DNA of 26,015 bases from assembly GCA_011390055.1 (NCBI GenBank), contig JAABTC010000001.1, forward strand, positions 1-26,015, written 5' to 3'. The notes under the pieces are model-generated. The model was not told where the DNA came from and did not search any database. It saw only the letters and a list, made by a program, of their open reading frames with translations. This document shows positions 7,883 to 14,728 of this stretch, piece after piece (the first letter of the stretch is position 1; each line of letters begins with the position of its first letter). A program made the translations under genes and the position numbers. The stretch comes from Burkholderiales bacterium (GTDB lineage Bacteria; Pseudomonadota; Gammaproteobacteria; Burkholderiales; Burkholderiaceae_C).

Positions 7883-9248
7883 TCTTTACCTCGCCACTCT
7901 CCTGAACCAGCCAGGTCTGCACCGAGTGGTTGTGATAGATCGAACGCGAGCCGCGCACGGCACGCAACTGTTTGTAGGTCGGCTGCACATAGCCGGTTTC
8001 GTCGGTCGCGCGGCTCTGCACCAGCGCCGGCTTGCCGTCCCACACCCAATCGAGGTTGAAACGCGTCAGGCACTTGGACATCACCGGGCCTTCGAGCCGC
8101 GCGGCGCGCCAGTTGCGCCCCCCGTCGACCGACACATCCACCTTCTTGACTTTGCCGCGGCCCGACCAGGCCAGGCCGCTGATGTTGTAGAAGCCCTGGT
8201 CGAGCAGCACCTGGCCGCCCGAGGGCGTGGTCACCACGCTCTTGCACTCCTGAGTGCTCGTGTACTGGCGGTGCAGCCCGCCCGGCATCAGGTCGATGTA
8301 GTGGACGGCCTCGTCCTTGGCGCCGTAGGGCTTGTCGCCGACCTCGATGCGGCGCAGGTACTTGACCCAACTCACGCCCTGCACCCCAGGAACCACGAGG
8401 CGCAGGGGATAGCCGTTCTCCGGGCGCAGCATCTCGCCGTTCTGCCCGTAGGCGACGAGCACCTCGCCGCTCTCGACCAACTCCATCGGCAGCGTACGCG
8501 TCATCGACGAGCCGTCGGCACCCTCACCCAGCACATAGCGCGCGCGTTTGTAGTCGACGCCCGCCATGTCGAGCAGGATCTTCAGCGGCACGCCGGTGAA
8601 CTCGCTGCAACTGAGCATGCCGTGGCTGTACTGGCAGGTCGGCACGGCCACGTTGCCCCACTCCATGCCGGTGTTGGCGCCGCATTCGATGAAGTGAAAG
8701 CGACTCACCGACGGCAGCCGCATCAGCTCGTCCATCGTGAAGACCATCGGCGTCTTCATGATCTTGTCGTCCGAGCCGTTGAGCATCAAGCGGTGCTTGG
8801 ACGGATCGATGTCCCACCAACCCTGGTGATGGCGCTCGAAGTGCAGGCCGCTCGGTGTGATGATGCCGAACAGCGACTGCAGCGGCGCGAACGACACCGA
8901 GGACTGCGTGGTTTGCGTCAGACCGGGGCTGCGCCGGCGCTGGACGTTGGCTTCGTACTTCGACGGCTTGCCGTAGCCGTCGGTGGCCACCGGCTGGCCG
9001 AGGCCCTTGCTGTGCTCGGGCAACTCGAGGATGTTGGGGTCGCCGCCGCTGGGTGGCACCGGGTTGGCCGCAGCCAGGGCGACCGGCGCAGCCACTGCCG
9101 CCCCCGCCGCCGCGAAGGCAGTGCGAATGAAGTCGCGCCGCCCACGCTTGGCTTCAGCGAAGACCTGGCGCACGCCCGCCGGATCGAGGAAGCTCTCCGG
9201 CGCCTTGATCAGGCGGCCGGCCCCTACGGCCTTGTTGTACGAGTCCAA
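7866..9248 (-). CDS. soxC: SoxC molybdopterin sulfane dehydrogenase subunit (about 460 aa)
   Basis: Tat motif GRRDFI, GIITPSGLHFERHH, Moco-ligand FIECGAN, EQ-less QNGEMLRPENGYPLRLVVPG and ATDETGYVQP. Start inferred at TTG 9248 behind AAGGAA, which removes the overlap with the regulator. Confidence 0.93.
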   Translation of the reverse strand: MDSYNKAVGAGRLIKAPESFLDPAGVRQVFAEAKRGRRDFIRTAFAAAGAAVAAPVALAAANPVPPSGGDPNILELPEHSKGLGQPVATDGYGKPSKYEANVQRRRSPGLTQTTQSSVSFAPLQSLFGIITPSGLHFERHHQGWWDIDPSKHRLMLNGSDDKIMKTPMVFTMDELMRLPSVSRFHFIECGANTGMEWGNVAVPTCQYSHGMLSCSEFTGVPLKILLDMAGVDYKRARYVLGEGADGSSMTRTLPMELVESGEVLVAYGQNGEMLRPENGYPLRLVVPGVQGVSWVKYLRRIEVGDKPYGAKDEAVHYIDLMPGGLHRQYTSTQECKSVVTTPSGGQVLLDQGFYNISGLAWSGRGKVKKVDVSVDGGRNWRAARLEGPVMSKCLTRFNLDWVWDGKPALVQSRATDETGYVQPTYKQLRAVRGSRSIYHNHSVQTWLVQESGEVKNVQLS

Positions 9249-9280
9249 TGCAGTTCCTTGTGTAAGCACGGCGTGCGCCG

Positions 9281-9583
9281 TCACGAATGCAATGCCTGGC
9301 GCTCTGAACGCAGCACGTCGCACAACATGAGCGCCTGCGAATTGGCGACGTGATAGAAGATCTGTGCGCCAGCCCTGCGCCGCCCCAGAACCCCGCCGCG
9401 GTACAGCACACCCAGGTGCTGCGAAATGTTGGGCTGACTCACGTCCACTTTCTCCAGGAGCTGGCTCACGTTCTTCTCACCTTCGCAGAGTTCGTACAGG
9501 ATGCGCAGCCGCGTCGGCGTCGACAGCATCGCAAACAACTCTGCGGCGATGTCGAAGACCCGGCTTGAAACGGCATCACTCAT
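9281..9583 (-). CDS. ArsR/SmtB-family repressor, SoxR-like, with two Cys (100 aa)
   Basis: LSTPTRLRIL, SQPNISQHLGVL helix-turn-helix, IFY wing, C33 and C88; directly upstream of soxC. Confidence 0.9.
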   Translation of the reverse strand: MSDAVSSRVFDIAAELFAMLSTPTRLRILYELCEGEKNVSQLLEKVDVSQPNISQHLGVLYRGGVLGRRRAGAQIFYHVANSQALMLCDVLRSERQALHS

Positions 9584-9596
9584 CAGCTTGTGTATT

Positions 9597-9621
9597 CGGA
9601 TATCCGTCTACGCGCATATTA
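9597..9621 (-). promoter_or_regulatory. Candidate promoter/operator for the arsR-soxCD transcript
   Basis: TAATAT (-10-like) on the minus strand at 9616-9621, followed by the perfect palindrome CGGATATCCG (9597-9606), in an AT-rich gap. No convincing -35. Confidence 0.35.
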
Positions 9622-9711
9622 CGGCTTATCGAACTACACGGCACTCGGGGAAACCCGGATCCCCGGCGAAGCGCAGACCGCCAGCGAGGCTGGTGTGCCA
9701 CAGCACCGCCT

Positions 9712-10158
9712 TCAGGGCTTCAGCGTCCCGCGGCGGCGGTGCGGTTGCCAAGCCGCGATGTCGCGCACGATCGCTTCCCAGGGCAGTTGGGTCAGGCTGC
9801 CGTAGCGCTCTTGGGTGGCCACGACCATGGCATGCACGTCGGCTCGTGCATCGCCCAGCGCTCGCTGCAGGCCCACCAGACCGCCGCAGTGCAAACGCAG
9901 CGCCTGCGCGTGAATCATCGGACGCCCGGGGCTGGACAGATGCAGCGCAAAGCGCGCCCGCTCGTGCATGAGCGCCGCCAGCGTGCCGCAATTGGTGCGC
10001 GCCACGACCGAGCGGCACTCGACGATCTCGCGTTCGCCGATGCTGCGCCGGGCCGCCAGCTCGCAAGTCGCGGCCCGGGCCAGCAAGGCCTTGGCAAAGA
10101 CACAGATCGACCCGCTCTCGCAGCATGCGCTCGGTGCGGTTGGATCGTGATCGCTCAT
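9712..10158 (-). CDS. Cys-rich hypothetical protein (about 148 aa, 7 Cys)
   Basis: Co-oriented ORF in an operon-like arrangement. Start moved to ATG 10158, 11 nt after the previous stop. Motifs CVF, ECRS, TNCG, HCGGL. Confidence 0.75.
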   Translation of the reverse strand: MSDHDPTAPSACCESGSICVFAKALLARAATCELAARRSIGEREIVECRSVVARTNCGTLAALMHERARFALHLSSPGRPMIHAQALRLHCGGLVGLQRALGDARADVHAMVVATQERYGSLTQLPWEAIVRDIAAWQPHRRRGTLKP

Positions 10159-10169
10159 CGCACGCGGAT

Positions 10170-10388
10170 TCAGTCGTCGCCGGTCGGACCCGCTTCTCGA
10201 ACCTGGCACAGCAAATCTTCGGCCAGCTGCTGGTTGTCGGCAAACATCACTTTGACCTTCGCGTCCGCGGCCACCGACTGCGACGACCGAAGGGACTTGG
10301 CATGGGTCGACGCTTCCTTGAAGGCAATGAACTCGGCCAGCTTCTCGATCTGCGCGAAAGGCCGCACGCTGAAGACGAAGTAGGGCAT
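10170..10388 (-). CDS. Small hypothetical protein (72 aa)
   Basis: Fills the gap exactly between two co-oriented genes (10- and 11-nt spacers) and has a protein-like composition (MPYFVF...KVKVMFADN). Confidence 0.75.
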   Translation of the reverse strand: MPYFVFSVRPFAQIEKLAEFIAFKEASTHAKSLRSSQSVAADAKVKVMFADNQQLAEDLLCQVREAGPTGDD

Positions 10389-10398
10389 CGTGGTTCGC

Positions 10399-10728
10399 TC
10401 AAAGGTAGTGTTTGGTCAGCCGGCGGCGACCGGGCACGGCCTTCTGGATGACGACGCCATGAACTGCCGCCAGATCGGGCAGCGGCTGTTCGGCATAGGC
10501 CGGGTTGAGCGCGTGCAGACGCCAGCCATCGCCCACCTGCACCAGCTGGCGAAAGGTCCACTCACCGGCCACCTGGGCCAGAACGAAGCAGCCGGGGCGC
10601 AGCGCACCGTCGGGCTCGATGATGATGATCTCGCCGGCGTTGAATTCGGGCGCCATGCTGTCGCCGAGCACGCGCAGCGCGAAGGACTCGCCGCCGCTGC
10701 AGCCGGGGTCGTCGTTGAGCTCGCTCAC
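10399..10728 (-). CDS. Stand-alone S24/LexA-like peptidase-fold protein lacking the catalytic Lys (109 aa)
   Basis: FALRVLGDSMAPEF, GCFVLA, WTFRQL and LHALNPAY. GTG 10728 overlaps the upstream TGA (GTGA). The long N-terminal part of the track ORF 10399-11502 is spurious. Confidence 0.85.
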   Translation of the reverse strand: MSELNDDPGCSGGESFALRVLGDSMAPEFNAGEIIIIEPDGALRPGCFVLAQVAGEWTFRQLVQVGDGWRLHALNPAYAEQPLPDLAAVHGVVIQKAVPGRRRLTKHYL

Positions 10729-12212
10729 AGGATCTCCGACCTCATCTGCGCCGCCGGCACGCCCGCCGCCAGCAACGCGGCACCGAGCCCTTCGACGAAC
10801 GCTTGAGGGCCGGCGAGGTAGAAGTCGCAATCGATGTCGAACTGGTCGGCCCGGATCGCAGCGGCGACCTGTGCAGCGCCCGCCGCCGGATCGAGTTCGC
10901 TGAACGCCGCGTACTCGAAGGCATCCAGCGCCTCGGACCAGGCGCGGCACTGGTTGGCCTGGAAGTGACCGTCGCTGCGCGTGGCCAGCCAGTACAGCGA
11001 CAGAGACGGCGACGCGTCGAGCGACAGCGCGTGCTCGATCAGGCTCTTGATCGGCGCGAAGCCGGTGTCGCAGGCCGCGAACACCAGCGGCCGGTTGCTG
11101 TCGGCGAGCACGAACTCGCCGATGGGGCCCCAAAGGTTGAGCGGGCTTCCGACGGCCAGCAAGCCGTCGAACACCATGCGTGCAAAGGCGCTGGCGCCAT
11201 CGCGCGGGATGTAGAAGTGCAGGTTGCGATCGTCGCACGGGCAACTGGCGATCGGATGCGTGGCTCGGACGTCGTCGCCCGCCGTGGCCGCCGAGCCGGC
11301 GCGGCCGAGCGTGACCGACTGCCCGGCCAGGAACCGCAGGCGGTTGGTGCGCGGGGTCTGCAGGTGCAGCAGCCGCGTGTCGGGTGCGAGCTCCCGCACG
11401 GCGCGCACCGTGGCCACGATCTGCTGCTGCGGGATGTCGGCCGGCCCGCCCGCCTCCAGCGTCTCCAGCGTGAGTTCGCTGCTGGCCGCCGTGTGCGCGC
11501 ACAGCAGCGTGTAGCCCTGCCGCTTCTCGGCCTCCGACAGCGGGTAGTCAAAGGGCATCACCTTGGCAACCTCGCCGGCGATCACGCGCACCTTGCACAT
11601 GCCGCAGCTGCCGTTGCCGCAGCCGTAGTTCAGCGCAAGGCCCGACTTCAGGCCGGCCTGCAGCAGCGTGTCGTGACCCTCGACCGCGAACTGGTGGCCG
11701 CTCGGGCGCAGGGTTACCTGTGCCGCCACGACTTTCAGGATGTCATCCATGACGTCGAGAGGATCGACCGCTTCGGTGGCCAGTGCGCGCGCGAGGCCTT
11801 CGTTCAGTTCTCGCTGCAAGATGCGCAGCGATGCATCGCCGCCCGGCGTCTGCAGCAGCAGCGCGTCGATGCGGTCGCGCAGGCCGATCACCAGGGCGTG
11901 GTAGCGCTGCAGGTGGCGCTGCACGTCGGCCATCTCCTGGCCCTGATGAAACAAGCGCTGGGCCAGCACCTCCTGGCTCGGCAACAGCCGCTCGCGCACG
12001 CGCCGGCCAAACGCATCCTCCTTGATGTGCACGACGCGTTCGAGCATGCCGGACTGCTCGAGCTGCATCTGTGGGTACAGCTCGAGGAGCGCCTGCGTCG
12101 ACACCAGGCCATCTGCGAGCGCGATCTCGCCCGCGCGCACGCGCTGTTGCAGCACGCCGCGCGGCACGCCGACCAGTTGCGCTGCGCGCCAGACGGTTAT
12201 CCATTGGGCCAC
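10725..12212 (-). CDS. Fusion of an HTH-like/coiled-coil N-terminus, a [2Fe-2S] ferredoxin and FNR-like FAD/NAD(P) domains (495 aa)
   Basis: N-terminal ITVWRAAQLVGVPRGVLQQRV (excisionase/MerR-like HTH), CGNGSCGMC...TLLC cluster motif, FLAGQ, IASCPCDD, ACDTGFAPIKS and YLAGP; GTG start. Confidence 0.88.
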   Translation of the reverse strand: MAQWITVWRAAQLVGVPRGVLQQRVRAGEIALADGLVSTQALLELYPQMQLEQSGMLERVVHIKEDAFGRRVRERLLPSQEVLAQRLFHQGQEMADVQRHLQRYHALVIGLRDRIDALLLQTPGGDASLRILQRELNEGLARALATEAVDPLDVMDDILKVVAAQVTLRPSGHQFAVEGHDTLLQAGLKSGLALNYGCGNGSCGMCKVRVIAGEVAKVMPFDYPLSEAEKRQGYTLLCAHTAASSELTLETLEAGGPADIPQQQIVATVRAVRELAPDTRLLHLQTPRTNRLRFLAGQSVTLGRAGSAATAGDDVRATHPIASCPCDDRNLHFYIPRDGASAFARMVFDGLLAVGSPLNLWGPIGEFVLADSNRPLVFAACDTGFAPIKSLIEHALSLDASPSLSLYWLATRSDGHFQANQCRAWSEALDAFEYAAFSELDPAAGAAQVAAAIRADQFDIDCDFYLAGPQAFVEGLGAALLAAGVPAAQMRSEIL

Positions 12213-13111
12213 GGAGCCTCCGTGGTTCGATCCAGGTAGCGCGCCCGATAGAGCAAGCGCGGTTGCGCTGGGTCGTCGGCGAAGGCGTCGCGCGCGTGCA
12301 GCACGTTGTGGGCGACGATGCCCATGCCGGCCTCCAGCCGTACGCGCAGCACGTCGGCGTTGCCGTCGGCCAGGAAGCGCTCGAGGAAGGCGACGGCCTT
12401 CAAGGTGGCGGCATCGTTCTTCCAGAGGATGCTGCGCGTGCGCGCGGTGTAGCGCATGTGCAGCGTGCCGTCGCGCGCATCGACCGAGAATACCGGGCCA
12501 GTTTGGGCGGCACGTGCCACACCGCGCCCATCCTCGCGCGCCGGGATCGTCATCGCGTCGGGCGCCATCAGCGCCCGCAGCCAGCGCGGCGAGGCGTCGC
12601 GCAGCGCGATGTAGGCCAGCTCATGGTCGAGCAGCGAGTTGACGCCGCCGCGGGTGGCCGGCCGCACGCAGTGCAGCACGAAGGCCCGGATGCGCTGTCC
12701 TTGCGGGTGGTAGTAGCCGTCGGTGTGCCAGCCGAGTGGCCGGTCGGTGTACGGGATGTAGCCGCTGCGATCCTGCGTCGCCGGACTTACCGTGATGCTC
12801 GAGACGCCGTCCTCGTCGGCCAGCCAGTTGCCGTCCAGGCGCTGCAGCCCGAGTTGACGCGCCACCGCCAGCGCAACGCCCTTGTGTTGCACGCCGCAGC
12901 GGTTGCGATAAATCACCATGTTCCAGCGCGCACAGGCCTGCAGCAGCGCAACGCGCTCGCCGCGGGTCAAGGCGGCGGCATCGGCGACCTCGACGACCAG
13001 GTCTTCGGCGCGACGGGCGCGGTTCGCCAGCTTGCGGGCACGCCAGGCAAAATAGCCTGCATCGTCGACGAGGTCGAACGGCGACAGCGCGGGATGCAGG
13101 ACAGCGCTCAT
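12197..13111 (-). CDS. TauD/TfdA-family Fe(II)/2-oxoglutarate dioxygenase (304 aa)
   Basis: WHTDG (HxD), LHCVRPA.GG.N, NVLHAR (distal His) and RLLYRAR. Confidence 0.9.
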   Translation of the reverse strand: MSAVLHPALSPFDLVDDAGYFAWRARKLANRARRAEDLVVEVADAAALTRGERVALLQACARWNMVIYRNRCGVQHKGVALAVARQLGLQRLDGNWLADEDGVSSITVSPATQDRSGYIPYTDRPLGWHTDGYYHPQGQRIRAFVLHCVRPATRGGVNSLLDHELAYIALRDASPRWLRALMAPDAMTIPAREDGRGVARAAQTGPVFSVDARDGTLHMRYTARTRSILWKNDAATLKAVAFLERFLADGNADVLRVRLEAGMGIVAHNVLHARDAFADDPAQPRLLYRARYLDRTTEAPWPNG

Positions 13112-13115
13112 GGTG

Positions 13116-13760
13116 TCAGTCGCCGCTCATCGACGTTCGCCGGGACGCGCGTGGCTTGTCGGACAACAGATCGAGGATCGCGCTGCGCACGATGTCGACC
13201 GCTTCAGGGGCTTCGATGGCCATCACCTGATCGAGGACCCAGCGCCGGTCGTGTGGCGGCAGGGTCGGCTCGAGTCGGCTGCCGAGGTAGCGCACGAAAC
13301 CGAAGTCCGGCATGAAGGCCTCATCGGTCGTTGCGCTGGCCGGCTCGCCACCGAACTCGGCATAGTGCGGCGACAGTTCGTTGACCAGGTCGATGAAGCT
13401 GTCCTGGTAGCGCGCACCGTCGGCGCGCGGGCCGAGCAAGTCGCCCTCGTTGCCGGCCAGGGTGTCGGCGCAGCGAACGACCAAAGCCGTGGTGAAGCGG
13501 ATGCGGGTTGAAGCGTCCATCTTCGCGTAAGCGGTGCGGTCAACCACCGCGATCAGGAAGACCAGCACCTCGCGCAGGAAGTCGAAGTAATTGCCGCCCG
13601 CCTCGATGTCGAACTTCGCTCCGCGCATGCGCTTCAACGTGTTGTGCGCCACGCGCCAGACGATGAACGCCATCGCGCTGGCCTGCTGCTCGGCGCTCTT
13701 GGGCTCACTGGCCTTGAACCAGTGGCTCTTGATCCGCATGCGCGGCGGGACGAGGCTCAT
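13116..13760 (-). CDS. Hypothetical protein (214 aa)
   Basis: ATG overlaps the upstream TGA (TGATG) and the stop lies 4 nt before the TauD-family start. Globular, largely helical-looking sequence. Confidence 0.8.
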   Translation of the reverse strand: MSLVPPRMRIKSHWFKASEPKSAEQQASAMAFIVWRVAHNTLKRMRGAKFDIEAGGNYFDFLREVLVFLIAVVDRTAYAKMDASTRIRFTTALVVRCADTLAGNEGDLLGPRADGARYQDSFIDLVNELSPHYAEFGGEPASATTDEAFMPDFGFVRYLGSRLEPTLPPHDRRWVLDQVMAIEAPEAVDIVRSAILDLLSDKPRASRRTSMSGD

Positions 13761-14089
13761 CAGTACCCACCCTTGCCCAAAGGCTGCGGCAGGCCGGCGA
13801 CCTTGCAGCCCTGTTTGGCGGGGCCCACTGGAAACAGGTCGTAGAGCGCCTTGCTGTCGCAGCCCGGCAGCACCTCGGCCAGCCCCTTGAGCATGTTGCG
13901 GAAGTTCGGCGTGTGGCCGTGTTCGCGAAATTCGTCGCGCAGATAGGCGACGACCTTCCAGTGGTCTTCGGTGAGCTCGATCTGCTCGGCCGCGGCGATC
14001 ACCTTCACCACCTCGTCGCTGAAGTCGGCCTCGACCAGGAAGCCCTGCTCGTCGGTGTCGAGCTCGCTGCCGTTGACGACGTACCCCAT
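13760..14089 (-). CDS. DsrC/TusE-family paralogue lacking the C-terminal Cys (RspA-type; 109 aa)
   Basis: DTDEQGFL, ELTEDHWKVV.YLR and LYDLFP.GPAKQGCKVAGLP align with DsrC at 18557, but it ends PLGKGGY instead of PTGCV. Start moved to ATG 14089 behind GGGAGA. Confidence 0.92.
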   Translation of the reverse strand: MGYVVNGSELDTDEQGFLVEADFSDEVVKVIAAAEQIELTEDHWKVVAYLRDEFREHGHTPNFRNMLKGLAEVLPGCDSKALYDLFPVGPAKQGCKVAGLPQPLGKGGY

Positions 14090-14109
14090 GTTGTCTCCCT
14101 TGCAGAATG

Positions 14110-14724
14110 TCAGGCGCCGACGGCCGCGGCCGACTTGTGGGGCACGAACAGGCCGCAACCCAGGCGGCGGTGCCGACCCAGGCCGGACTCGAGCACGCGC
14201 AGCGAATCGCCCGGCGCCAAGCCGTCGAGCATCAGGCTGTAGCCGGTCAGCGTTTGGCCGCCGTTGTCGATCATTTGGCGACGTCCGCAGATGGGCCGGC
14301 ACGGCAGGCTCGCGGCCTCGAGCTCGTGACCGATCGTCGCCAGGAACGCCAGCTCGTCGTCATCGTCGGTCGCCACCAGGTGCGCATAGAGCGTGCTGTG
14401 CGGCAGCAGCTCACGCACCTGGCTGCGGTCGCCCACTTGCAGCGCATGGCCGTCGAGATCGAGGCGAGCGCCTCGCAAGCACTGCAGATCGCCGATCCGT
14501 TCGCGCGCGACGCGCAGCGTCAGCCGCGCGCGCTGCGACAGCAATGCCGTCGGGCCATGCCCCGCCACGGCATTGATGCGGTGCACACCGGCATGGGCCG
14601 GGTCCGCGAGCCAGGGCAGGTGGCGCTCCAACACTGCGGCCAGCGCGCGGCGGTGGTCGCGCGGAACAGCATCGCCGCGCAACGCGAAGGTGACATCGAC
14701 CCGGGACGAAGCGCTCGACCGCAT
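14110..14724 (-). CDS. cas6: Orphan Cas6-family RAMP protein resembling type I-MYXAN Cas6/Cmx6 (204 aa)
   Basis: N-terminal VDVTFAL.G..VP.DH, ARLTLRV, GYSLML.GL...DS..V, and C-terminal Gly-rich loop GLGRHRRLGCGLFVP (GhGxxxxxGhG). Confidence 0.82.
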   Translation of the reverse strand: MRSSASSRVDVTFALRGDAVPRDHRRALAAVLERHLPWLADPAHAGVHRINAVAGHGPTALLSQRARLTLRVARERIGDLQCLRGARLDLDGHALQVGDRSQVRELLPHSTLYAHLVATDDDDELAFLATIGHELEAASLPCRPICGRRQMIDNGGQTLTGYSLMLDGLAPGDSLRVLESGLGRHRRLGCGLFVPHKSAAAVGA

Positions 14725-14728
14725 CTGG

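Noticed and set aside
9249-9323. Extended soxC N-terminus overlapping the ArsR gene, as given in the ORF track
   Set aside because: TTG 9248 has an AAGGAA RBS and avoids the overlap. The long region before the Tat motif is, as far as I recall, ordinary for betaproteobacterial SoxC.
10729-11502. Apparent 258-aa N-terminal extension of the S24-like ORF
   Set aside because: It overlaps the ferredoxin-reductase gene in another frame and is Arg/Ala/Gly-rich noise. The GTGA overlap at 10728 gives a better start.
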